Below are positions 12,941 to 28,319 of a stretch of 64,000 nucleotides of DNA, one piece after another (position 1 is the first letter of the stretch; every line of letters starts with the position of its first letter). The DNA is from the human T2T-CHM13v2.0 reference genome, Homo sapiens. Under the pieces are notes generated by a model. It made no database searches. It saw only the letters and a list, made by a program, of their open reading frames with translations, and was not told the origin of the DNA. The stretch lies in NCBI RefSeq assembly GCF_009914755.1, contig NC_060941.1; one strand, 5' to 3'. Made by a program: the position numbers and the translations under genes.

Positions 12941-13894
12941 AGAGGAGGAAGCTGAGTCAAGGAGGAGCAGTAACTTGTCCAGGCTAATAAGTGAATTAGA
13001 TATTCTATGTCCATCCACTGTTGGTCATTAGGAAGTTCTTCTTAAGGTCTAACCTAAACCTTTTCTGTTTCAGCAGCACTGGCTCCTTCTTAGTCCCATG
13101 GAAGCACAGATCAACATCATTGCCCTTGCAAACTTCTCTCAGCTTAGGAGAGTCTACTCGCTCTTTGCACATTGTTGACATGAAATGAATATTAAACACC
13201 AAACCTCATAGAGGCCAGCCCTGCTGGGCGAGCAATGAACCAACCCTCCTCATGCCTGTTCATTATTATAATTAACATTGAGCCGAGGTTGGTGGTGACC
13301 TCGCCCTCGCCAGGTATTTGGGCTGTTTTAGCAGCTTATTCAGATCAGTGACAGACAGCTCTGAATAGATAAACTCCCCGCCATCCAGACGAATCAATTG
13401 CAACACTGCCGTCACAACAAGCCCAATAAATCAATCTGATTTCAGGCGACATGGTAACTCAGTGCTGGGCAAGCTGGTTTTAATTTCCGCGTGGCTGAGA
13501 CCCAGCTTCCTCTACTCACTGGAGCACCCCTCTTTCCCAGCTGATGCTCTGTGCACACAGGTGCCCAGGGCCCTCAGAGGACTCAGGCCAAGGGGGCAGC
13601 TACAGGGAGGACAGGGTAACCAGGAAGCTATGTTACTTTGAGGAAGACTCTTGAACCCCCAGACCCAGAAGCAGCTGACTCAGATCCACTGCTGGGATCC
13701 TTGTTTTGCTGGCTTCAGCTTCGATTTTCCGCTGCCCTTTGCAAAAAACCAAGCCTGGAGGCCTCTCTGGGCTGCCTCCCAAATCAGGAAGCTGCAGAGG
13801 TAGGCTGCCTATCTCAGGCACCAGGACAACTGCCTTTTTGGTCTGGGAGATTGAGTTTGTCTGGCAGGGCAACAAAAAACTCATCAGGACAGAT

Positions 13895-14140
13895 GTAGTC
13901 ATGTATTGGGTGCCTACTTAATGCCCAGGCACCATGCTAAGCAGTTTATACACGTCATCTTCTTAACCTTTGTAACAGCCCAAAGAGATCAGTGGCAATG
14001 ATCCACATTTTGCAGGGAAGGAAAACAAAGCTCAAAGAGGTTAAGTAACTTGTCCTGAGTCACACAGCTTGTAAGTGGTAGAGCGTGGATTTGAACTCAT
14101 GTGTATTAGACTTCTGTGCCTAAGCTTCAGCCACCACAGT
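13895..14140 (-). mobile_element. MIR
   Basis: AGAGGTTAAGTAACTTGTCC, GGATTTGAACTCA. Confidence 0.7.
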
Positions 14141-14823
14141 CTCCTAAAGATGACATCAGAGGTGCCCATACTCTCCCCCTGGCTAGATATTACCTGGTTA
14201 AGTAATTCCTACTTTAGAGAGGAGGAAGCAGATTCTGAGAGGAGAAGCCAGTGCATTTCCTCTAGGCTCCCAGGGAAGGGGAGCCTTTCTCATGAATTCT
14301 TACAATCAGCAATTGTTCCTTGAATTTTCATCTCAATGCTTTAGGTACTGAGTAGAGGATGTTGAGGAAAGAGAGGGTCAAGAGGCTGAGCTGGCCTCCT
14401 TCCCACACCCCAGCTCTGTCCCACCCCACTTGCACCCCATCACATTAATAGATCTAGATGGTGAGGTGAGGGGCTGGGACAGGCAGCAGTGTGTTAGGAG
14501 ATGTGGCTTTGAAGTCAGCAGATCTGGGTCCAAATTCTAGCCCAACTACAACTTATTTGTTGAATACACCTGGGCAAGTCTATTAACCCCTTGGAACTTC
14601 CCTCATCCTGTCCATACCGTGGGGATAATATTACTCAAACCACAGGTTGTGCGGATTAAGAGGGAAAATTGCATGGGAAGTGCCTGGCATAAAGTGGGTC
14701 CTTAGTAGGCATTGGGTTCTTTCCCCCTCTTGTCCCTGCTCTTTCTGAAACCCCATGCCTTAGGTGCCCAGTTCTGAATGGCCGAGGTCAGGGCATTTCA
14801 AATATGTTTTAGCCAAGAAACTC

Positions 14824-15110
14824 TTTTGTTTTTTTGAGATGGAGTCTCGCTCTGTTGCCCAAGTTGGAGTGTAGTGGCGTGATCTCACTGCAACCTCCAC
14901 CTCCCAAAGTCAAGCGATTCTCCTGCCTTAGCCTCCCGAGTAGCTGGGACTACAGGCGTGTGCCACCACGCCCGGCTCATTTTTGTATTTTTAGTAGAGA
15001 TGGAGTTTCACTATGCTGGCCAGGCTGGTCTTGAACTCCTGACCTTGTGATCTGCCTGCCTCAGCCTCCCAAAGTGCTGGGATTACAGGCGTGAGCTACC
15101 GCGCCTGGCC
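14824..15110 (-). mobile_element. Alu (S-like)
   Basis: Antisense dimer with TSD AGC(C/T)AAGAAACTCTTT. Confidence 0.92.
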
Positions 15111-16124
15111 AGCTAAGAAACTCTTTAATCAAAAGACACTTTATGAAGATGGCAAGGATACAAAATAGATAAAGGGGGAGTTGGTCAGATGGTGATAGGG
15201 GGCTGGGAGTTCTCCTGGCTTGAACCCCTCTCTCACCCTCAGCCCCAAAGCAGCCGCTCAAGTGCTTTCCTCAAGCCCTGGGCCAGCACATAAAGGGCTG
15301 CCTCACTCTTAGGTGTCTTAGGTCACGGGCTTCTCAGGAGCTCAGAAGTGATCACCTCTGGTGATTTCTGGCTCCAACACTATCTCTGAGCCACCAGCTA
15401 CCTTGAACCTGTTCTGGATTCAGGGCATGACAATTTAGGTGCCAAATGGGCAAAGCTGCGTCTGGCCATAGGGAGGCTGTATCTGGCTGCTCCGGGTGGG
15501 AGGTGGGGTTGGGCGTCGCAGCTGGGAGAGCCATAGATCTGGGAAGGGGTGGGCAGATGACCCAGGATTGTGCAGGGGGTCTCTGTCCATCTTGGGCAGC
15601 AATGGACCTGTGGGCTTCCATGGGAAGTAGATGCCTGTTCACCAGGTCCAGCACTTAATATCCTCCCGAGGGAGGCAGGGACCACAGGAAGTGGAAGCGC
15701 AGTGGGGAGAGTGACATACAACACCATACAGTGAGCAAGTGACAGAAGTGAATTCAAACCTAGGCCTGTGGGCTCCAGAGGGCTGGGACTGCCGTTCATT
15801 CTCTCCTGTCCATACAGTGGCTGTCCTCTACCCCCAGCTCTCTGCAGAGAATTATCTATCAGCCCTTTCACCCACCAAACACAGAACATGAAGAGAGAAA
15901 CTTAAATTGTAGCAGGAGGGAATGGGATTAGCTACTGGGAAGGACTTCCTGACTCATTAGCTTGTCTCTAGAATAGGTTATTAGAGAGGCAGTGTGCTCT
16001 CTCTCTTTGGAGGGATTTCACATGGGGCTTCAGTGCAGCTGGGCCCCTGTGGCTTCCACTTCCTGAAAGCTACTGAGAGACAAGCTGACCCCTGATGTGT
16101 ATGGCTTTGTTTTTCGTAACGTTT

Positions 16125-16430
16125 ATTTTTTGAATAGGTAATACCTGTACATGGTTCAAATAATAAGGGTATAAAAGGTTGTTCACTGAACTCTCCCTCC
16201 AGCCCCCGTCTCCAGCTTCCCCTCCCCAGAGGCAAGCAATGTTACCTGCTTCCTGTCTAGACCTATAAGAGCAAACACGGACACATACTCTTTCTTGAGT
16301 CCTGCTTTTAATACACAAGATGTAGCATCCCCTGCAAGCTCTTCTGTGCCTCGCTTTTGTCACCTGACAATATATCTTGGAGATTACTCCGAATCAGTAC
16401 ATAAAGAGCTGCCTCACTCTTAGGTGTCTT
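16125..16430 (-). mobile_element. Ancient L1ME-type 3' UTR fragment
   Basis: TAGGTAATAC..CATGGTTCAAA and ACAATATATCTTGGAGA..ATCAGTACATAAAGAGCTGCCTCA resemble old L1ME 3' ends; similar pieces at ~19650-19900. Confidence 0.55.
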
Positions 16431-16544
16431 TTTATGGTCACGGACTTCTCAGGAGCTCAGAAATAATCACATCTGGTTTGATTAGCTTCACATTTCCATT
16501 TACAACGTCCCTGCCCAGAGAGGCAAGAAACCTCTCCAAGGTCA

Positions 16545-16945
16545 CGCAGCAAGGACTAGGGACGCGCAGAGTTTCTCCCCCTCCTCCCGCCTCAGTTCCC
16601 AGCTCCTGTCCCCCGCCACCTCGAGGCTGAGCGCCGCCCAGGTGACCAGAAGGGAGAGGGGGAGGTCTCTAATTGAAATGCCCTCCGCGCTGCCCATTTG
16701 CGATCGGCACCTGGAGGGGCGCGCCGTGCACAATGAGGGCGGGGCCGTGGGGCTCCGGGTGCGGGCGGCGGCCGAGTGCCCACGTGGGTGCAGGCTAGGC
16801 CGGGCTGATTTCCCTGGAACCCCGCGCCGCGTGCTTCCCTGTAATGAGCTCCCAGGGCCCGAGGTGAGCTTCCTCGGCTGCTCACACGGCAGCCGCGTGG
16901 CAGCAAAGAACACGGGGACTTTTTTCTTCCGTGCCTGACAGCTCA
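16545..16945. promoter_or_regulatory. Orphan CpG island (candidate promoter/enhancer)
   Basis: CpG-dense, GC-rich ~400 bp not in a repeat. Contains palindromic E-box CCCACGTGGG (16779-16788) and a + strand donor GAG|GTGAGC (16863/16864). Confidence 0.75.
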
Positions 16946-17872
16946 TTAGAAGAATTAATTTACTCTAGCGTTTGCAGTTTAAAGGACATTATTTACTGGT
17001 TAATTGTTGTTATTACAAAATGTTAAATATCATTATTTATTTCCCAGGCCCTGACAGCTTTTCTGACAGGAATTTATTAGGTGAGACTGTATCACCGGTA
17101 GGCACCCCTGTGCAGGGTAGCCTAAGAGTGGGCAGTTTGCCCCTAGGCCTAGCTCTCTAGGCAGGGCGGGCACTCCTAGGGGCAGAACAGGAGGGGCTGA
17201 ACCCTGGCCCACCCCAGGACAAAGGATCATTGTCTCCTCCTCACCCCCCATTTCTGCCCCCTGATGTGCGTGTGTTGGTGGGGCAGGGGGGTGGGGGCTG
17301 GCAGACGGGGGGCATGCCTTGCATAAAGCTGCAGTTTAGGGGTCAGGCTGGCAGTTACCGGAGGCCCAGCGGCCAGAATGAGGTCCAGACTTTGAGTCCT
17401 TCCCTTTAAACAGTTACTTACAAGAATGTTCTCCTCTCCTGAACGCACAGAATTGAAGAGCTGGAAGGAAGCCAGGTGGTCCGCTGGTGCTGAGACTGCA
17501 AACCAGTGGCCTCCAGGTGGTAAATGGCCTATGGACTTGAGTTTGACCTATTCAAGAGACTTCACATAAAAATCCACTTTGCTGGCTTCCCTTGAAAGAT
17601 CAGACAATCTTGCCACAAGACTTGACCCACAGTCTTGCATCAATTGGCGATGATCAGCGGGCAAGAAGGGCAGCGCTGTGCAAGGAGCATGCCTGCTCTC
17701 CAACAAAGGGAGGGTGCCACCTTCCCCCTTTGTTGCCTTGTCTACATTATTTTCCTGGCCTCTGTGGGCATTTGAGTTTTCAACCCCGATCTGCTCTACT
17801 AATGACCATATATAGATGAAGACACTGAGCCCAGAGAGGTTAAGTCTCTGATGGCCAGGACGACAGCCCCAC

Positions 17873-18437
17873 TCTACTTTTCTTTTCCTTTTTTTTTTTC
17901 TTCTTCTTCTTCTTTTTGTTTTTTTTTTAGGATGGAGCAATCCTTTATTTTTATACACTTTGACAAGGAGGTTTTCCATAAACAATCTTTCCAGTGAGGA
18001 ACAGAGAACAGGAAATTCAGCCTCCAGACATCAGCAGCTGCTCTGCTCAGGGCTGAGGCTCCTCCTTGCCAATGTGGTGAGGTGGAGGGGTGTACTTCCC
18101 TTCCTTTATCAGCTTATCCTGCTGCTTCCTGATGGTACCTGCACGTCTCATCGTTTTCTGCCGAAGCAAACACTCTACGAAATCATCAGATTCTATCTTG
18201 CACTCTTTCTCTGCCCGGATAACACTGATTCCATATGCACATTCTATCCATTCTTTTTCAAAAGCATGGCATCGAGCAGCAATCTTGTAGGGCTGTTCAG
18301 CACTCTGGATTGTCCACCATTGATCTATGTTAAGGCCGAATCTTTTCTGGATGGCCAAGAAAGGCATGGTGATCCGATGCTCATGTCTTTGTGTCTTCTC
18401 TGGCCGCCGCTTCAGGATGACCCCTAGTCTACTTTTC
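17873..18437 (-). pseudogene. NDUFS5 processed pseudogene (full-length retrocopy; intact ORF 18047-18367)
   Basis: Intronless 106-aa [18 protein letters not shown]...[10 protein letters not shown] homologous to complex I subunit NDUFS5 (twin CX9C). Retains 5' UTR, AATAAA (17944-17949), degenerate poly(A) (~17883-17928) and a 10-bp TSD TCTACTTTTC (17873-17882, 18428-18437). Confidence 0.95.
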
Positions 18438-20277
18438 ACCACACTGTGCTGCTCCCTGAATTTCTCTGCTCCCACCTCCTCTGGGTCCAGTTTAGAGTGA
18501 ATTCAGACCGGGAACGCAGGTCTTCAGCAGCTTCAGGGGCAGGAACAAGAGGCAGCCTAGTGAGAATTTACAAGGATCATGGCCTTATAAATAGCATCCA
18601 CTTATTCATTCAGCAAACAGTTTCTGGGGATCTACTACGTGATGTATTAAAATGATTAGGACCCAAATTGTGTTGTTGAGGAATTAGTCTGGGGACACTG
18701 TTCATGAAACAAGTTGCACAATGACAATACAAGGAGATGTCCGAGTAGTAGAGGCATAGGAAGATGGGATTGGTGGGGCTGGAGAGAATTCATCCTTCAT
18801 GCAGCGTTTTCTAGGCTGGATGGATGGCCTGCATCCTCAAACACAGACGCACATGTCTTATTTAATTCTCACAACACAGCGGATTGAAAATATCTGTCAT
18901 CAGCTTATAAATAACGGCTATACCAGGTCTCGGACTTGCTGTCTAGATTCTTCCCCCAGGGTGGGTGCTTGCAAGCAACTCCAGCCCTGGGGACCTTCTG
19001 TTCTAGCAGGTGGCACCCTTGCCATACAGTCTGTTGACTGGCAACCACATCTCATAATCAGGCTGATTACCCTCATTTTACAAGTGAGGAACCTGAGACT
19101 CAGAGACAGGTGACAGAAGCTGGGTGTTGACGGGTGAAATGGGCCCTGGGAAGGAGAGAGAGTTGTTGTCTGAGACCAACACCCAGCCCCGGGAAATGTG
19201 GGTCTTGCTGGCAGACTTCAAACAGTGGCCCTTTAGACAAGGTCTTGGGTCCCATCCTTTCCTCCCCAGGAACCTGACAGCAGTGGGTAGCCTCAAGGAA
19301 AATGTGGAGAACCAAAGGGAGATGAAAAGTTCTTCAAAAAAGTATGAAAACAGGTTCAACTGAGCCATTACTGTTGCTATGCTGTATATTATTATAAAGT
19401 TATTCCTGCCTGGCAGCCTGGTTTATGTTAGACCCTACCTCATTTCTTCTAGGTTATAGGCCCTAATTCCTTGTCTGGTGAGAAAGAAAGAGACCAGCAC
19501 TATTGGAGTGAATCCTGAGCTGATTCAGAAACTGTACAGCTTGAGGAATTTCACAGATTCTCAGTCAGGGCTTGCTGTCCTTTGGAGGTCTTCACCACCC
19601 CCCTCATTTCATTTTATTGCCATATTAAATTTTTAAAAATTTAATTCATTTTTGGAATAGGTGATACGTGCCCAAAGTGCAAAATTCAAAAGGCATAAAA
19701 GAGTATATGGTGAACAGGCTTTCCCACTGCTCAGAGGCAGCCAGTGCCAGCAATTGCTTCTGTTTCACTGTTTGCAAAAATAGCATTGTTTCTCTTTTCC
19801 GTTCACATAGAAAATACAGTAATTCCTGCAGAAGAAAGTAAAAAATCATATGCAATCCACTATTTGGAGTTGAACATTGAACATTGTTCACATTTTTGGT
19901 GTTCACATTTCAGCCAGCCTTTTCTCTTTGCAAAGATACATGCATCTATAGTCATAAACTTGCATAACCTGGTTTTATTACTTGTTTACATTAAATGTGA
20001 TTCTTCAAAAATACAGATCGGAGAGGATACAAACTAAACTGATAACAATGAGTACCTTGGGGAAGAATAATGAGATTGGGTAAGGATTGAAGGGAAATTT
20101 TTTAGAATGAAAATATATTGATACAGTACTTCCTCCTGTTATTCCTCTGGAATCTGATTTTAAATGACTAGATCAGAAGGCTACTATTTAATCAATCCTT
20201 TATTATTGTGGTTTTAGGATGTTTGCAAGTCTTCCTATTATAGACAAACCTGAGATGGACATTTTTGTATCTTTTTG

Positions 20278-20335
20278 TAGGTTGGAGCAAAAGTAATTGC
20301 TGTTCTTGCCATTGAAAGTAATGGCAAACCCAATA
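20278..20335. mobile_element. MADE1 mariner MITE, internally deleted
   Basis: TAGGTTGGAGCAAAAGTAATTGC..TTGCCATTGAAAGTAATGGCAAA; most of the right TIR is missing. Confidence 0.75.
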
Positions 20336-21744
20336 TATCTTTGCACACTTATCTAGTATTTCCTTGGGGGTGCTTTAAGAAATGGAACTGCTGGGTCAAA
20401 GGTGGTATATACTTTATGGCTTTTTGATCCATCACGTCAAATTTCCTTCCCTCTGGGCTGTCCCAATCTCCTGTTCCACGGGCAGAGCCTGCCCCCTACT
20501 CCCACATCAGATTTATTCAACACAGCACACGTGTAAGGTCTGTGAGACAGTGAGGCAAACTCATGGGAGGCTGGGGAAGCTTCTTCTTGGGGTGAAGAAC
20601 CCTAGGATGCTGGCAGCAGCCCAGAGGGACCTCAGTGGCCAAAGGGAAAAGGAGGAGGAGCAATGAATGGGTGTAGAATCCCCAGGCAGGTGGGGCAGGG
20701 GCCTCCACCAGTCCAAATCACAAGGCCAAAAGTTGTACAGCAACAACCCAAGGCTGGACTTGGATCCTCACCAGGGACCTAAGCGCCACCTTCTGCAGTG
20801 GCACCGCAGAGCTAAAGGCACAGCTGAGATGGTTCCTCTTGGAGTTCTTCTAGCCCATGAGAGTTACATGGCCTCAAGAGCATGCAGACATGGAGGACCT
20901 TCTAGGACTGGCTCCAACTCCTGCCTTCTCTAAGTGTCTCAGATTTGATTCCATGTCTCCTCTTTGCTTCCAGGTGCTTGTCACTGCCTAATACTTGTGG
21001 TTGTCACCCACAGCCTTTGTACTCTTAGATTCTCTGGCAAATTGACCCATTTCATTTGGAAAGCTTCAGAAGAAACTGGGCAGACACAAGACGGACTTGT
21101 TGATTTAATTGAAAAGATGGTATTCTGAAAGCACCCCCTCCCCTCTGGAGCCTGGCATCTTCACAGTAGCTGAGGTTTCCTCTTGATGGGGCGAAAAGAG
21201 AAAGCCCAAGATTGCATCTCATTGGTGAGATGAATAATACATTTGAAGCATCTCACAAACTGTGTTTGATCCGCCTAAAGCTTCAACCGTTAACGTATTT
21301 CTCTTTATCCCCAGCAAGGGAGGGCTGGGAACTGTCAACGTTTTCCTTTCTGCCTAATTTGTGCCTTCTCCATGAAGAGAAAAGCAGGGCCTGGGGGAGG
21401 GAAGGAGGCAAGGAAAGAGAAGGGTGACACACACCTCCTGGAACAATGCAGTGAGCCACAGGACTAGGGGGTGTTCCTGGGGCTTGGGAACACTGGGGGG
21501 TCATCAGGACACAGCAAGGGGTGGTTGGCTCTGGGGAGAGGGGCTGTGCTATGTGTGCTGGGACCTGTTTGCAGGACTGTGTGCCCCTAAGAAGTCAGTC
21601 CCTTGGAGGGTCCATCTCCTGTGTTTCTGGTGGGAAATCAGAGGTGGGAAATTGAGCCTTGAGCCTTGCCAGTTGCCAAGCACCAAAGATGCTTCCTTCA
21701 TCTCATGGGAAGCAGAGAGTAACAGTGTTAAAAACTGGCCCCCT

Positions 21745-22202
<458 letters not shown>

Positions 22203-22964
22203 TCACGTTCTTAAGTGCAGTGCCATTCTCCCCCTCCCTGAGTCTTCATGACTTTGCCTACCTAGGCTCCTATTCTGGAGGAGGGTGGTTACGAGCACAG
22301 ACTCTGGAGGAAGGCGGCTGTGTTCTGAATCCTCTCACCAAGCCTCACTTTCCTCGTGTGTAAAATGGAGGTGTTAACAATAGTACCGACTCCATAGGAT
22401 TGTGGTGAGATTAAATAAGTAAATATACTCCGGTTCTCAGAGCAATTCCTGGAGCATAGGATGCACTGTGTGTATTAGCTCATTTGTATTTTTCCCACTT
22501 CAATGAGCTGGTCTACGTGTGTATGAGCTCTTATTCCCAGCCTATTTCTATTCCACAGTCTGGTAGCAGCCACCCCTCCCAGCTGGCCTTGAACCTATTT
22601 CATCTCCCCTCTTGGGACGACCATCTCTGTTCCAGTCCACCTTATTTCCTAGCCCTCTTCCTCCCCTGCCCAGCCTGGCTTGGGGCGCCACCATCAGACC
22701 CCGCCACATAACCCTCATTCGTGGAAGCTTCCCTGAGACCCCCCAGAGTACCGTTGATGCATATCAGATTCCACCAGGTCTTTTGCCTGAGTTCTTCTTT
22801 TTTCTAAATTAAAAAAAAAAAGTATTGGTTGGTTTGTTTGCTTTTTAAGAGATGGGGTCTTGCTGCATTGCTTAGGCTAGATTTGAACTCCTGGGATCAA
22901 GTGATCTTCCCACCTCAGCCCCTGAGAAGTTGGGACTATATGCATGTGCCACTGTGCCCAGATT

Positions 22965-23820
<856 letters not shown>

Positions 23821-24761
23821 TGGTTTCTAGTAGGTCCTCTCATTCCCATGGACTTCACTGATTTGGGTGGCTCTTTTATCTCCTGTAATGGCCAGTACAG
23901 GAAACGCCCATTCCCTCAGTAACCAGCAGCACACTTTCGCATGTGGGAGAGCACCAAGAGAGATGACATCTCTGGGAGGGAAACAGAGTGGATAGTCCCC
24001 ACTGGGGAAGGAACAAGGGACCGAGGAGTGAGAGGGATGTTCCTAATAACTAGCAGTGCGTCTCCATCCTAAGTCACTCATTCCTATACTTCAGTTTCCC
24101 AGCCTCCTTCCTCTGCTGACTCCCTGTGGGGAAGCTGCTCATTGTGTCCACCCTCAGTCCCCCAAGTTGCAGCTGTGAACTGGGACTTATGCGCAGCAGC
24201 CAAGAGACACCTCAGAATTCCCAAGTTTGGAACAGGAGGAAGGAGTCTGCCAAAGCAAGCGGTGAAACTAGATTTTGGAGAGGACTTCAAGTGTGGATGG
24301 TGAGAGGGTGGTCCTGGGGAAGGGAGACCTCTCTCTTCAGGGCAAGGCAGGCCTGGGGTCCCTGCAGCCTGGCCTGCATGCCTGCCCAGTGCCCCAGAGC
24401 CCTTCTGTTCAGGCCTGGCATCCCACAGAGGTGGCATTCTGCTCAGGAGCTTAGAGCACAGACGAAGAGGCAGGCATTGCCAGGAATTGATTTGCGGAAG
24501 CAGCGGGGGCTTTCTCTTCCTCCTTACTTCCTTGGTCTTTGATCTCCTGTCCTCCCTCCATAGTCCATTTTCCCCCTCCTTCCCTTGATTTATTCCTCTT
24601 TTTCTTTCTTTAGCTGAATCATAGCCACTCCCTAGAAGGCAAAGGCTGGGAGAGGCAGTTCTTTGTCCTCTTTTTCCCTTAACTAGGTGGGTCCTCGCTG
24701 TCCAGATCTCAGCCTCCTACCCAAGTCATGAGGCAGGATTTGGCCATGGATGGGGAAAGGA

Positions 24762-24762
<1 letters not shown>

Positions 24763-24803
<41 letters not shown>
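24763..24803. repeat. (AC)20 microsatellite
   Basis: Read directly. Confidence 0.97.
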
Positions 24804-24806
<3 letters not shown>

Positions 24807-25494
24807 CCAAGGCAAGAGCTGAAACAGGCAGAAAAATCAAGGAAAAGGGGAGAGGCAAAGAGAGAAAGCGTTCAGCCATCAGAAAGACAGTAAAAGACAA
24901 GAGTTGAGAAGAGTCAGAGACAACGAAAAAAGAGAATTCAGCAAATTAAAAATTTTACAACCATCCAGCAAGTCTGCAAAAATGATCTTCCCTGCGGTCT
25001 TTCATTTATCTCATTATCTGACTCCTAATGTGCTTTTTCCCCCCTTTCTTTTCTCGCCACACTTGGTGCAAAATCTTATTAGATTTTTTTTTTTTTTTCT
25101 GGCAGGGGCTTCATATAGTCTTTTTCATTACATTTCCTAATAAAAGCAATCACTAGGACGGCATGGCTGGAGGATTAAAAAGCCACCTCAGCAGCCTCCT
25201 GGCCAGCAGAACCATGACTCGCCAGAGCCTTGTTCACACTGCCAGGGGAGTGGGCCAGCCCCAGCGGGTCCCGGGTCAGGGAAACCCAGGCTGTGCTGTG
25301 GAATGTTCCAGGGCACAGATAGGTTCAAGATATTATGGGAGAAGAACTGAAGGAGGGGTCCCTTCCCAGAGCTATTTTAGAGCAGGAGTGACAGACACCT
25401 GTATTTAACCCAGCTGATCCTGGCTAATTTTTGTTCCTGAGGAAGGAATATTTTGGGTCTTTTTCTTTGGACTTTGGCCCACTCTGTCCCATAG

Positions 25495-26843
<1,349 letters not shown>

Positions 26844-27641
26844 AAAAACAGAAACATTTTCACATAAGGAAAGTGAAAAGCAGAGAAAACCCACCAGATT
26901 CCCATTAATACAATGGTTCTCTCATTTCTCTTTTGCTAATAATTATACCTCCATCCCATCCCCGAACAATCCTGTCCTCCCAGGGCTGCTCCAAACCTCT
27001 CCAAGAAAGCAGCTTGGCAGAGCATTTGGCATTTGGTAAGGGCCAAAAGTTACGGGGAAACAGGTCTGATAAATCAAGTTAAAGGAGAGCAAGGAAACCC
27101 CTATAAAGCAGCAAGACATTTTATTGCCTGGGTTATAAATTGGCCTGAAGGTATTTCACACATCAGCTCCAGGATGACTTGGGCCACACATTGAGTACCA
27201 CTGGATTAACTACTCAACTTCATACGGGGGAGACTTTGAAGAGAACCATAGTCATTTGGAAATATGTGGTCTGGTATGTTTTAAAATAAAGGTACAATAA
27301 TCAAGTTAAAAACAACTTTTCAATGACTTGTTGCTTTGAAACCACTTAGGCCACCCCTGGTTAACCGCTGCATCCCTTGGGTGCTCAGCCAGGGCTGCAT
27401 GAGTTGGTCTCAATCAGCACTTCTCAAAGATCCGAGAGCATCGCAGATGTAGGGGAGGTGCAAGGGAAGCCATTATTGGAAAAGTGTGCACGTGGCTACC
27501 TGGAGTGCTGCAAGCTGCTCCCAGCAGGGTCTCCCCAGTCTCAACCACTGGTTCATTGGTTCGGTTTATGATGATATTACTTTGTATCTGCATGGTCCAT
27601 TGGGATCCTTTTACGTTTCATTTCTTTCCAGTCTCCTCTAG

Positions 27642-28319
<678 letters not shown>

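Noticed and set aside
18368-18475. 36-aa N-terminal extension of the NDUFS5-like ORF
   Set aside because: Non-ATG start outside the TSD; it is translated 5' UTR and flank.
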